DNA of 64,000 nt from Tepidisphaeraceae bacterium. GTDB taxonomy: Bacteria; Planctomycetota; Phycisphaerae; Tepidisphaerales; Tepidisphaeraceae. The stretch covers positions 66,586 through 130,585 of the forward strand of contig DASYWJ010000034.1 of the NCBI GenBank assembly GCA_035936155.1, written 5' to 3'. The position numbers were made by a program, and so were the translations under genes. This document shows, piece after piece, positions 55,430-64,000 of the stretch. Numbering within the stretch: the first letter of the stretch is position 1; the number at the start of each line of letters is the position of its first letter. A model generated the notes under the pieces. It was not told where the DNA came from. It saw only the letters and a list, made by a program, of their open reading frames with translations, and did not search any database.

Positions 55430-57550
55430 TTACTTGGACTCAAGCTCGATAAAGGCCTGGCCCTCGACCTCTTCAATCGGCAGCTCGGTCACAGCACTGT
55501 CCGACTCGGCCGCGGGCTGGGTCGCCGGGGCCGCAGCGAACTCGCCTTCGACCTCTTCGGCATAGCCCTGCATCAGCTCTTCGGTTACCTCTGCGACGGT
55601 GGGCTGGGTCGTCGGCGCCTCAGCCACAAGAGGCTGGGTCGTCGGCGCCGCAGCCGCGATGGGCTGAGTCGCCGGCGCCGCCGAGATCGTCACGTCGCGC
55701 GGTCGCGTCGTCGGCCTCGTTGTGGTCGTGACCGGGACAACGTCCTCAAGCATCATGCGGCGGACGAAGCTCCGAACTGAGCTGCCATCGGAGGTCGTGA
55801 CTTCCCGACCCGTCAGCTCCTGCTTCATCTCGATCGCCTCGATCATCTTCGGATTGAGGTTCGTAGCGCAGTTCAGGTGCCACAGAGCCGTCTTGCGGTT
55901 GGGGCGGTCCTTGGTCATTTCGCGTTTGGCCGACTCAAAGGCCGACTCAGCGAGGCGCTCGCGGCCGAACCACATCATGCCACGCCGGGTGCCGACGCGG
56001 AGCTGTTCGATGCGCTTCAGCTCCTCTTCCGACAGCGCGTGCATCGTGACTTCGTCCTTCACGATGTGCGGGGTCAGCAGGACGATCACCTCTTCGCGAA
56101 CCGTGCGGTCCCGCGTCGAACGGAAGGCCGCCCCGATGAGCGGAATGTTCCCGAGGAACGGAACCTGGCTGCGGTTGGCCGTGCTGCTCTCGCGGAACAG
56201 ACCGCCGATCACCAGCGTGTGCCCGTCCTTCAGCATCACGTTGCTCGTGATCTCGGTCGTGCTCTTGCTGGGCAGGCCGTTGGCCTTCACTTCACCGGCC
56301 GAATCCTCCGGGTGGATTTCCATTCGAATGTACCCGTCGGCGGCGATGTAGGGGCGGAAGATCAGCCGGGTACCGGTCTTGAGCGTCTCGACAGTTTCCG
56401 AGGTGGTGGTTTCCGTCGTGATCGTCGTCTTGTAGCCGTCTTCGTTACCCACGAAGACCTCGCCCTTTTGCTTGTTGAGCGTGAGGATCTTGGGGTTGGC
56501 GAGGATCGTCGTGTCCGTCGTCTGCTCCAGGGCCTTGAGGAACACTCCGATGTTGTTGCTCACGAACCCGAGGCGTAAGCCGCCATTGGGGACGTTGTTG
56601 GTGAAGCCGGTGTCGCCGCCGCCATACCCGTTATCGAGCACATTGCCCGCATCCGGGTTGTTGATGATGCCGCCGCCGACCGCGTCGCCGGGGCTGCTGC
56701 CAACGGCATTGACGCCGTTGAAGTCGACGCCGCCCAGCACGGAGAAATCGATGCCGAAGGCGTTGTCCTCATTGAGCACGGCGCGGCAGATCACGGCTTC
56801 CAGGAGGATCTGCTGCGGGCGCTTGTCGATCTCGTCCAGGATCATCTTGACGCGATCGAGGTTCTCCGGATAGTCGGTGACGACAAGCATGTCGTCGGTC
56901 GCGTGGTCGTTGCCGCCCAGGCCCGAAATGCCGCTCTCGATGCCCGACAGAGCCGGCGTCGTCACGACGCTCTGGCCTGCGGCGCTCATGACCGGCTTGA
57001 TCATGTTCTGCGCATTCAGTGCCGGCGTGTAGTACACGCGGAAGACGCGCGTCTGCATGCGCAGCTCAGCCTTCTCAATCTCGGCCAGTTCCTTGGTGGT
57101 GTAGACGTAGATGAAGTTGCCCTTCTCGCGATAGGCGTAGCCGTTGGCGTGAAGGATGGCGTCGAGGGCCTCGCGGACGGTGACGTCGTAGAGGTTGGCG
57201 GTGACGGAGCCGCGAACGTCCTTACTGGGGAGAATGTTCTTCTGCGTCTGCAGCGAGAGCATGCGCAGGACTTCAACGAGATTCGCGTCGTTGACATGAA
57301 TCTCGACGACGCCGGCGTCACTGACGCTGACTTCGCTGCTGCTGACGCTCTGTCCCTCGCCGGCGGCGGGTGCGGCAGGCTGAGTCGCCGGGGCGGCAAA
57401 CGGGTCCGATTCCTCAAGCACCTTCACGTCGGTGGTGCTGTCGGGGGCCGGCATTGCCCGTTCCCCCGCGAGCGCCACGCTCGCCTGATTGGAATAAACG
57501 GACGATGCAGCCAAAAAAAGAAGCCCTGCGGTCTTGGTCCACGTGCGCAT
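55430..57550 (-). CDS. pilQ: Type IV pilus secretin PilQ (GspD/secretin family) with repeat-rich C-terminal extension
   Basis: Signal peptide and N-domains. Secretin core (VVTDYPENLDRVKMILDEID...GGLFRESSTANRSQVPFLGNIPLIGAAFRS...VLLTPHIV). C-terminal APATQP / APTTQP repeats are encoded by a 33-bp tandem repeat at about 55600-55700. Confidence 0.9.
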   Translation of the reverse strand: MRTWTKTAGLLFLAASSVYSNQASVALAGERAMPAPDSTTDVKVLEESDPFAAPATQPAAPAAGEGQSVSSSEVSVSDAGVVEIHVNDANLVEVLRMLSLQTQKNILPSKDVRGSVTANLYDVTVREALDAILHANGYAYREKGNFIYVYTTKELAEIEKAELRMQTRVFRVYYTPALNAQNMIKPVMSAAGQSVVTTPALSGIESGISGLGGNDHATDDMLVVTDYPENLDRVKMILDEIDKRPQQILLEAVICRAVLNEDNAFGIDFSVLGGVDFNGVNAVGSSPGDAVGGGIINNPDAGNVLDNGYGGGDTGFTNNVPNGGLRLGFVSNNIGVFLKALEQTTDTTILANPKILTLNKQKGEVFVGNEDGYKTTITTETTTSETVETLKTGTRLIFRPYIAADGYIRMEIHPEDSAGEVKANGLPSKSTTEITSNVMLKDGHTLVIGGLFRESSTANRSQVPFLGNIPLIGAAFRSTRDRTVREEVIVLLTPHIVKDEVTMHALSEEELKRIEQLRVGTRRGMMWFGRERLAESAFESAKREMTKDRPNRKTALWHLNCATNLNPKMIEAIEMKQELTGREVTTSDGSSVRSFVRRMMLEDVVPVTTTTRPTTRPRDVTISAAPATQPIAAAAPTTQPLVAEAPTTQPTVAEVTEELMQGYAEEVEGEFAAAPATQPAAESDSAVTELPIEEVEGQAFIELESK

Positions 57551-57649
57551 TGTTTTCTCCTCGTGCTGACCGGCCGCACATACCGTCTCGGCAGGTCTCG
57601 CGGGAGGGAACGCTCGTGGCGCCCTCCACAGTGTTTTCGGGCATCGTCG

Positions 57650-58285
57650 CTACTTCATCGGTATCTCGAGCTTGATGCCCTCGCGCTCGATGATGATCCG
57701 CCGTGCCTCGATCTTGGAGACACGGAACCCGGCGACGACACTTCCTTCGCCCACCATCTCTCCGTCGATGACCACCTTTGGCGAGGCGCCCATGACGATC
57801 GTCTGCAACTGCATTCTGCCGGCATCGCGCACCGCGTTGTCGATGCGAATCTGCCGCTGCTTATTCTGATCGGCTCGAGAGGAGAGCGACTTTGCCAACT
57901 CCTCCCAGAATCCTTCCTCAACCCGGCTTACCGGGGCCACCGGACGACCCCCGGCGTGGGCGTAGTGGTCGAGCGGGATGGTAAAGAGGTTTCTGACAAT
58001 CGGGCTGACCGGGGCCGCGCGCCACTCGGCCAGCGCCGCGGCGCTGGTTGCGCTGATCACCGTCCCGCGTCCCGCCGTGCCGACCCGCGCGAGTACTTCG
58101 TTATCGGACGCCGCCGCCGTTGCGGCGCCGGCGCCCTGCGGCCCCCCGCCGTCCTTCATCGCCATGCGCAACCACATCGTGCCCAGCACGGCCACAAGCA
58201 CCACCAGGACGACCGCCTTCTTCGGGTCCGCCTTGGCTGCTTCCAGCAGCTTCGCCATCGCGTTGCTCGTGTGGGGGGCGGGCAT
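57650..58285 (-). CDS. pilP: PilP-like pilus assembly protein
   Basis: The ATG at 58285 overlaps the pilO stop as TGATG, preceded by GGAGAGG. An N-terminal hydrophobic segment is followed by a C-terminal beta domain (VVIDGEMVGEGSVVAGFRVSKIEARRIIIEREG). Confidence 0.6.
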   Translation of the reverse strand: MPAPHTSNAMAKLLEAAKADPKKAVVLVVLVAVLGTMWLRMAMKDGGGPQGAGAATAAASDNEVLARVGTAGRGTVISATSAAALAEWRAAPVSPIVRNLFTIPLDHYAHAGGRPVAPVSRVEEGFWEELAKSLSSRADQNKQRQIRIDNAVRDAGRMQLQTIVMGASPKVVIDGEMVGEGSVVAGFRVSKIEARRIIIEREGIKLEIPMK

Positions 58286-58839
58286 CACCTCTCCGTGTAG
58301 TAGATGTTCATCGAGAGGCTCACGTCGACGACGCCGGAGCCCGGCCTTTTGGTCCGCATGCTCAGGTCGCGGACGCGCGTCAACCGCTGCATCTGCTCCA
58401 TCTGCCGCAGGAACGAAAAGACGCTGAGGAAGTCGCCCTCGAACTTCACATGGATCGGGAACTCGACAAACAGGTCGTTCGGCTTGGCCCCGGTCGGGAT
58501 GATGTGGCAATCGCGCAGCCCCGCCTGGTCGCGCAGCAGCGTGATGTCGTTGAGGAACTGTCCCCACTCGACCTGCCGCGGCAGCTGCTTGTCGAACCGC
58601 GCCAGCCGTCGGTGCAGCTCGTCGACTTCGAGCTGGAGCGTATTGCGGATTGATGTCTCACGGCGGTTAGATTCGATTTCGCGCGTTTTGAGATCAATCT
58701 GCGCCCGCAGCTCATGCTGTCGAGCCGTGCCGGGGCGGTACACGAACAGGTAAAACGCCGCGCACAGCACGATGAAGAATGACCCCAAGACCCACTGGGC
58801 CCGCGCACACCAACCAGCTTGGCTCTGTAACGTCCGCAT
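58285..58839 (-). CDS. pilO: Type IV pilus assembly protein PilO
   Basis: N-terminal TM helix, coiled-coil, and a C-terminal segment ending ...VDVSLSMNIYY. Confidence 0.7.
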   Translation of the reverse strand: MRTLQSQAGWCARAQWVLGSFFIVLCAAFYLFVYRPGTARQHELRAQIDLKTREIESNRRETSIRNTLQLEVDELHRRLARFDKQLPRQVEWGQFLNDITLLRDQAGLRDCHIIPTGAKPNDLFVEFPIHVKFEGDFLSVFSFLRQMEQMQRLTRVRDLSMRTKRPGSGVVDVSLSMNIYYTER

Positions 58840-58850
58840 GTCCGTGCCTG

Positions 58851-59501
58851 TTAAGCCCCCGCCAGGTCGTTGAGGTTCATCGAGAAGTACACTTCAAACT
58901 CGCGCATCACCCGGCCGTCATCCACGCGGGGCTTGGACCCGGTCATGCGGACGTCTTCGAAGAACGGCTTGCCGGTGAGCCGCGTGAGAAAGTCAGCGAC
59001 CTCGACGTCGGTCGGGGCGATGCCTGTCACCCGCACGATCAGCCGGCGGTCGACCGAGGGTTCCTTGTCCTGGGCCGCGCGAGCGCCGGCGAGCGTGATG
59101 GGGTGCGTCTCCTCCGTGAGCAGCGACAGCTCAAGCAGCGCGGTGCTCCTGGGCATCACCTCATCAAGCGTCGCGAGCAGCCGCGCGGCCTCGGTATGCG
59201 TTCCCACCTTCGACAGCACCTTCGACTGCTCGACCAGCTTCTTCCGCAGCGTCATCAGCTCTTCGACGACCTTCAGCTCGCTCCGCGATGCGCTCAGCTC
59301 CGCCTCGCGGGTGCGCAGCGTCGCCTCCTCGCGGCGAATGTTTCGACCGGACTGCATCATCCAGAGCCCCAGTGCGAGCATGACGATGACCGTCATCCAC
59401 GCCTGCAGCATGACATAGCGGCGGCGGCGGCGGACCTGCGGGTACCAGCGAGGCAGGAATTCAACTTCACGCACGGGCCACCTCCTGCGGCGGAGGCGCA
59501 A
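58851..59501 (-). CDS. pilN: Type IV pilus assembly protein PilN
   Basis: A PilN-like N-terminus (FLPRWYPQVRRRRRY) precedes a TM helix, then coiled-coil and a periplasmic domain. Confidence 0.7.
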   Translation of the reverse strand: MRLRRRRWPVREVEFLPRWYPQVRRRRRYVMLQAWMTVIVMLALGLWMMQSGRNIRREEATLRTREAELSASRSELKVVEELMTLRKKLVEQSKVLSKVGTHTEAARLLATLDEVMPRSTALLELSLLTEETHPITLAGARAAQDKEPSVDRRLIVRVTGIAPTDVEVADFLTRLTGKPFFEDVRMTGSKPRVDDGRVMREFEVYFSMNLNDLAGA

Positions 59502-60783
59502 CGGGCGGGCGGCGCGTTGCGGCGGTGGCGGCGCGCTCGGCGGCGATTGCGGTTGCCCCTGCGGGTGAGCCGGCGGACGTGGCGCTCACGGCGGCGTTCA
59601 GGTCGACCACTTCGCCTTTGGGCGCCAGCGGGATCAGGTCCTCGCGCAGCGCAAACGGATCACGCGGCTTCCCATCGCGCGCGCCGAACGTGCCCATCGC
59701 CTGACGCAATCCCAGGCCCAGCGCCAGCGACCACTCGGACATCGTCCCGCGGCGCTCCGAGGCTTTCATGCGGCTCGTGTCGACGCTGAACAGGGGACGG
59801 CTCGCCTCCACGGGGATCGGCAGCGCGGTGTTCAGCACGCTGTGCAGCTGGGGGTCGCACGCCTCGCCTCCCACCAGTCGCACCTTCTCCGGCCGCTGGC
59901 CCCGGAACGTGACGGAGAAGTAGCGGAGGCACAATGAGATTTCGCGGCCGAGGTCTTCCATCGCACTTCGGCCGGCGTCGAAGACGGCTTGACGGACCGG
60001 ATCGCTCTTGGCGGCCTCGATCGGATCGAGCGGCCCCGCTTCGGCGAGCCGGCGCCGCAGCGCCCGTGCCTCGTCAAATGTGATCCCGAGCTTCGCGCTC
60101 ACCGCTTCGTGCATGTGACGCGATCCGATCTCGATGGGTTTGAGAAAGCTGATCTCGCGCCCGCGCCCGATGATCACCTGGCTCCGCCGCGCGCCCACGT
60201 CCACCAGGACGTGCACATCGGCCTCATCCTCGCGCCGGCGGATAAACCGCTCGATTGTGCGGTACAGGGCGAACGGCTCCACATCGAGCGATGCGATTAC
60301 GGCTCCGCTGCAATGCAGCTGCTCGACAAAATCATTGACGTCCGCATTACGAGCGGCGAGCACGATCAGCTCCTGGCGCACGTCCGCCCCCTGGCGGACC
60401 TCGCCGGCCATGCAGTGCTCGACGTGCGCCTGGTCGGTGTCGAAGGGAAAAATGTTGCGCGCCTCGAACTCGATGGCGGCGGCAAGCTCGTGCGGCGGAA
60501 TCATCGGCAGCCGCAGGTTCTTCACGTGGACGATCTCCCGGGGGAGCGACGTGATCACCTGGCGGCCGATGAACCCGCCCTGCCGAAGCATCTTGCGGAT
60601 CATGTCGACGGCCAGCGGCATCCGAAGCTGCGGCTGCGCCCGCACGTCCTCGGGGAGCTGCTGCCGCGCCGCCGCGATCACCGAGAGCGACTGCCCCACC
60701 GTTTCGAGCTGCAGCATCTTGATGCTGTCAAACCCGATATCGAGGCCGATCGGCTGAATTTGGGACCGTGTGAGTCGAATCAT
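59467..60783 (-). CDS. pilM: Type IV pilus assembly protein PilM (actin-like ATPase), second paralog in the window
   Basis: The ATG at 60783 gives MIRLTRSQIQPIGLDIGFDSIKMLQLE. EFEARNIFPFDTDQAHVEHCMAGEV matches the PilM signature. The C-terminal extension overlaps the pilN start. Confidence 0.85.
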   Translation of the reverse strand: MIRLTRSQIQPIGLDIGFDSIKMLQLETVGQSLSVIAAARQQLPEDVRAQPQLRMPLAVDMIRKMLRQGGFIGRQVITSLPREIVHVKNLRLPMIPPHELAAAIEFEARNIFPFDTDQAHVEHCMAGEVRQGADVRQELIVLAARNADVNDFVEQLHCSGAVIASLDVEPFALYRTIERFIRRREDEADVHVLVDVGARRSQVIIGRGREISFLKPIEIGSRHMHEAVSAKLGITFDEARALRRRLAEAGPLDPIEAAKSDPVRQAVFDAGRSAMEDLGREISLCLRYFSVTFRGQRPEKVRLVGGEACDPQLHSVLNTALPIPVEASRPLFSVDTSRMKASERRGTMSEWSLALGLGLRQAMGTFGARDGKPRDPFALREDLIPLAPKGEVVDLNAAVSATSAGSPAGATAIAAERAATAATRRPPVAPPPQEVARA

Positions 60784-60858
60784 GACGCGCGACGCCCTTT
60801 GCCCGCCCCGCAAAGGCGAGTGCCTCCCGGCCCGCAACCAACTGCGGGTGTGCACCGG

Positions 60859-61455
60859 CTATTCGGTGACGGTGATCTCTCCCGTGTACCGTTCGATCGT
60901 GACCGTGATCGTGCGCACGCCGCACTGCAGCACGATCGTCCCGTCGAGCATCTCGTTGGTGTTGTTATGGTCGTAGCGATAGACGAGCGGCGTCCCAAGC
61001 TCGTCGAACGTCAGGGTCTGCGCCGGGCTGTAGGTGATGTCGACGCCGTTAAACACAGCCGACTGGATCCGCACGTCCGACATCCGTGAGCCGCCCGCCG
61101 GGCCCAGCTTCGTGATGAACGGGTCCTTCGTGATGGGATTCTGGATTACGCTGTCGAGACCTGCGGGCCCGGCTCGATCCATGAGGCGGTAATTCTCGGC
61201 ATCGGCATCGAACTTGACGTAGATTTGCTTCTGCTGCGAAATGGCGAGGTTCTGCGCGTAAATCAGGTCGGAAATGAGAACACGGGCGGCGGCGCGGACT
61301 TTGAGGTCATCGCGCGAGCCGATCTGCGGGGCAATGATCGCGCTGGCGATCCCAAGGATCACCACCACCATCAGGATCTCGATCAGCGTGAACCCGCGCG
61401 ACTGACGTGAGGCGCGAGCCACTGCGAGCTTGCGATGCGTGTGAAGCGTAAACAT
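60859..61455 (-). CDS. Prepilin-type N-terminal cleavage/methylation domain protein (pseudopilin / minor pilin)
   Basis: RGFTLIEILMVVVILGIASAIIAPQ. The start is ambiguous: ATG 61455 gives a 21-aa leader, and a later alternative start is possible. Confidence 0.75.
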   Translation of the reverse strand: MFTLHTHRKLAVARASRQSRGFTLIEILMVVVILGIASAIIAPQIGSRDDLKVRAAARVLISDLIYAQNLAISQQKQIYVKFDADAENYRLMDRAGPAGLDSVIQNPITKDPFITKLGPAGGSRMSDVRIQSAVFNGVDITYSPAQTLTFDELGTPLVYRYDHNNTNEMLDGTIVLQCGVRTITVTIERYTGEITVTE

Positions 61456-61537
61456 GCTCACCTTCTGTTCACGAGCAACGCGCACCCGCGACGCCGCGCT
61501 TTCCCGCCCGTCGCCGGGACGTCCGGCGACGCGGCCG

Positions 61538-61801
61538 CTATTTGCCCTTGGCGGGGGCTTCCTTAGCTTCATCGGGCGTTGTAACACGCACCTGAAGCTC
61601 GCCCCTGAGCAACTGGATTATCTGATCCAGCTTCGCATTGGTCTCCCGCTGCGCCTCGACCATCTGCAGCCGCTGCGTGCCGGGGTCGATCGCCTGTGCA
61701 TTGGCGGATGGGAGCTGGTTGCCGGCGTTACCGGACCAGAGGCTCGCCAGCGTCAATCCCTGCAACACCACCACAGCCACGAGTAGTTTCGACGAATTCA
61801 T
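61538..61801 (-). CDS. Small secreted hypothetical protein
   Basis: MNSSKLLVAVVVLQGLTLASLWSG is a signal peptide, followed by an 60-aa charged helix. Confidence 0.45.
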   Translation of the reverse strand: MNSSKLLVAVVVLQGLTLASLWSGNAGNQLPSANAQAIDPGTQRLQMVEAQRETNAKLDQIIQLLRGELQVRVTTPDEAKEAPAKGK

Positions 61802-61834
61802 GTCACACATTCCTTTCGAATCACCTGGAAAAGG

Positions 61835-63097
61835 TTATTGGGCTTGCCACTGGAGCGTCTTGACGCTGATGGCCGTTCGGCCGACATCGCTGAAATCGGG
61901 GATGCTGGCCAGGGCGCGGTTGTGCCACACGCGGACGTAGGAGTCCAGCAGCGAGGGGAACAGGGGCGATGTGCCGCCAACGAGCATCGCCCCTTCCACC
62001 TCGAGTGTGGGCAGGAGGCCCGACGCATCAAGGCGGCCGGCGGTGTACATGAGCCCCTCGACCCGCGCCTTGGGCGCCAGCGTGAGTACGCCGCCGAACT
62101 TCACATTGCCCCCGACCACCAGCGCCGGAAAACCGGGCGCGGCGCGAATGCGCACATTGTCGCCGACGATCTGGAGGTTCCCGTAGACGATCAGCGTGCC
62201 GCGGAACTCGACGTCGGAATTAATCGTGAGATCGCCCGGGGCGTAGTAGACGCCGGCGGGGTTCGTGGGCGTAGCTTCAAAGAGCTGTGCCGAGCCGCCC
62301 AGGCCGAGCAGCCCCCCTCGGCCCAGTTGGGTCTGTGTGAGGGCAGTCGCTTCGTTGAACGTCCCGGCGGGCAGCTCGTACGTCCGGTAGCTGCGGATCT
62401 CGTCGAACTTCGGGATGACCCTCGGCAAGGCCGGCGGCGCCTGCCAGCCAAGCGTAGGCAACACGCTTGTGAGGGTTGCTTTGCGCCGAATGCCCCTACC
62501 GACAACCGCACCGCCCGATCGGATGCTCAACCCGCCGTTGCTGTACGCGTCGCCCTCGATGCGCATGTACTGCCCATAGTTGACGTCATAGGAGGTGAGC
62601 ACGGCGTGGTCGAAGCGGTATTCCGCGTTCACGCGGGACCTCGCCAGTACGCAGCGCTCCAGCGCCCCGCCCGGCGCGCGGCCGACGGATTCGATCTGAT
62701 ACTCCCAGCGGTTTGCCTCACTCACACGAGTCACGGCCACCTTCACCTGCCCAATGGATGGCGAGCCCAGGTCGATGAACTGTCCTCCCGTGCCCGTCCA
62801 GAAGCGGCGGTCGCGGTCGTACTGTTCCGTGTTCGGGTAGGTCGCTGGATAGCCCGGTGCCTTGTCGGGGTTCTGTAGGTAGTACAGCGCGATATGCACG
62901 CCGCTCTCGGCGATGCCCTGTGCGCTGACCGCGGCGGCGGCGTTGCTGCTGGCCTGCTTGGTGATTGCCGCGCTGGAGAGCATCGCGTAGCCCAGCACCG
63001 CGGCCATGATCACCACACCAAGCACGAGCAGCATGGCCACGCCGCGGCGGCGGCAGCGCCGCCCGGACAGTGGGTGAGGCATAGTGGCATGGTTCAT
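61835..63097 (-). CDS. Bitopic membrane protein, putative minor pilin/GspK-like pilus tip component
   Basis: RRRGVAMLLVLGVVIMAAVLGYAMLSSAAI is a pseudopilin-like hydrophobic N-terminus without the canonical GF/E motif. A large beta-rich periplasmic domain follows. It sits between two pseudopilin genes. Confidence 0.5.
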   Translation of the reverse strand: MNHATMPHPLSGRRCRRRGVAMLLVLGVVIMAAVLGYAMLSSAAITKQASSNAAAAVSAQGIAESGVHIALYYLQNPDKAPGYPATYPNTEQYDRDRRFWTGTGGQFIDLGSPSIGQVKVAVTRVSEANRWEYQIESVGRAPGGALERCVLARSRVNAEYRFDHAVLTSYDVNYGQYMRIEGDAYSNGGLSIRSGGAVVGRGIRRKATLTSVLPTLGWQAPPALPRVIPKFDEIRSYRTYELPAGTFNEATALTQTQLGRGGLLGLGGSAQLFEATPTNPAGVYYAPGDLTINSDVEFRGTLIVYGNLQIVGDNVRIRAAPGFPALVVGGNVKFGGVLTLAPKARVEGLMYTAGRLDASGLLPTLEVEGAMLVGGTSPLFPSLLDSYVRVWHNRALASIPDFSDVGRTAISVKTLQWQAQ

Positions 63098-63153
63098 ACG
63101 GAGCTCCGGAACACACCATACAATTCAAACACCGGCCGAGGCGTCGCGGCTGG

Positions 63154-63888
63154 CTAGTTGTCCCGCGCCCGAGGGGAGGCGGTCCCATATTCAACGGTTT
63201 GGCCATTGGCTCCGTTGAACTTCAGCCGGAACTCGAACATGGGGCGCTGCAGCGCGGTCGTGGGGTTGATGAGGTTGAACTGCGCCCCAAGCACGTTGCG
63301 CGTGATCGCGTATTTCTTCACGTGCTTCAGCGCCTTGTAGTCGTTGATCGCATTCGCGTCGCTGAGCATCGTCTTCGGGAAAGGACCGTTGTTGACGGTG
63401 CGCGTCACGGCGTCAGGAAACTCGACCTCCCAGACGACCAGGCACTTCGTCGGCTCCTCGTACTCCAGCAGTTGCGTCTCCTCGAGCTGCATCCGGCCGT
63501 CCCCGTCGGGATCGTCGCGCCACAAAAGGATGGCGGCGCCGGGGGCGGTTTTGGGGTCGCTGACGCTGCCAGGCCGCCATTCCCCCGTGGCCTTCGCCTT
63601 TTGCATCTTGTCCTGGACGCGGAGCATGGTCCGGGCAATCGTGAGGCTGGACGTGTGGGTGGCCTCGCCGAGCTGCCACCCGCGCGTGACGGCCGACGCC
63701 AGCGCCGCCGCCGCCCCGCCGATGATGGCCAGCAGCAGCAGCCCGATGATCAGCTCCGCCAGCGTGAACCCCACCGGCGCGCAGCGGCGGCGGCGAGGTG
63801 AGGGCGGATGTTGTTGGGAAAGGTTCTTCACGTCGCGTGCGCTCCTGCGGGGGCTGCTCAACTTAGAGCTCCTAACAAAACCTGTCAT
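63154..63888 (-). CDS. Prepilin-type N-terminal domain protein (pseudopilin)
   Basis: VGFTLAELIIGLLLLAIIGGAAA. The true start is probably downstream of the tracked M at 63888, which overlaps the transposase fragment. Confidence 0.7.
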   Translation of the reverse strand: MTGFVRSSKLSSPRRSARDVKNLSQQHPPSPRRRRCAPVGFTLAELIIGLLLLAIIGGAAAALASAVTRGWQLGEATHTSSLTIARTMLRVQDKMQKAKATGEWRPGSVSDPKTAPGAAILLWRDDPDGDGRMQLEETQLLEYEEPTKCLVVWEVEFPDAVTRTVNNGPFPKTMLSDANAINDYKALKHVKKYAITRNVLGAQFNLINPTTALQRPMFEFRLKFNGANGQTVEYGTASPRARDN

Positions 63889-64000
63889 GCAAGCAGTTCA
63901 GACAGATCAATGCACAGGCCAAGGCGACGAACGCCTCGTGGATGTCGTCACGCCGGTCGTAGCGGAGCTTGAGGTGCCGATTCTGGTGCACCCAGCTCTC
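63872..64000 (-). mobile_element. C-terminal fragment of an IS5-family (DDE_Tnp_1-type) transposase; the gene continues beyond the window end
   Basis: Reverse-strand translation ...ESWVHQNRHLKLRYDRRDDIHEAFVALACALICLNCLHDRFC* matches the conserved C-terminal R-x-RYD...EAF...LAcaLIcL tail of IS5/IS4-type transposases. This call is from memory. Confidence 0.45.

Noticed and set aside
61454-61587. N-terminal 44 codons of tracked ORF 60859..61587 and the 50-aa leader of 63154..63888 as genuine long prepilin leaders
   Set aside because: Prepilin leaders are normally under 30 aa. The tracked starts are probably alternative-codon artefacts. Later ATG/GTG starts closer to the G-F-T-L-x-E cleavage motif are more plausible, although exact starts remain uncertain.

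Overview
High-GC (roughly 65-70%) bacterial chromosome segment with about 50 genes and no rRNA, tRNA or CRISPR. It most likely comes from a Planctomycetota/PVC genome: it carries a DUF1559 prepilin-like protein, a PVC-type membrane-bound dehydrogenase with a CxxCH haem site, and a PilM-PilN fusion.

Layout:
- 1-17.6 kb (minus strand): carbohydrate-active locus with an SDR, GH2, glucarate dehydratase, GH10-like, GH5-like, DUF1559, DUF4838-like and two secreted hypotheticals. It is punctuated by two copies of a REP/MITE-like palindromic element and by an iteron-like palindrome upstream of gudD.
- 16.8-17.6 kb: frameshifted Gfo/Idh/MocA remnant.
- 17.7-24.3 kb: giant RTX-like Ca-binding repeat protein, then an OMP / lipoprotein / FecR-like operon.
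- 24.3-27.6 kb: CheY-like regulator divergent from a PVC haem dehydrogenase.
- 28.1-33.8 kb (plus strand): divergent type-IV-pilus/T2SS-like inner-membrane module. It has a PilM-PilN(GspL-like) fusion and two large bitopic proteins that share Met-rich DPAMM/poly-Q modules.
- 34.0-36.5 kb: sdhB-like gene, argG and a small coupled ORF.
- 36.7-40.0 kb: NfeD - flotillin - minimal 2TM K-channel-like protein with a GYC filter.
- 40.0-42.4 kb: glcE/glcF-like pair.
- 42.4-44.7 kb: heparinase II/III-like gene broken into three frames.
- 44.7-63.9 kb (minus strand): canonical pilMNOPQ plus a TPR PilF-like lipoprotein, pseudopilins, pilB and pilC. Upstream of pilB-pilC sits a sensor kinase / CheY / HD-GYP / STAS regulatory module; ApaG and a solute-binding protein lie downstream of it.
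- 63.9 kb onward: IS5-like transposase C-terminal fragment.

Caveats: start codons are often ambiguous. The ORF track seems to report TTG/GTG starts as M, and many tracked ORFs carry implausible N-terminal extensions. In a few places (about 12.8-13.0 kb) my reading of the displayed bases was off by one relative to the ORF track. I treated the track coordinates as authoritative, so all coordinates are +/- 1-3 nt.
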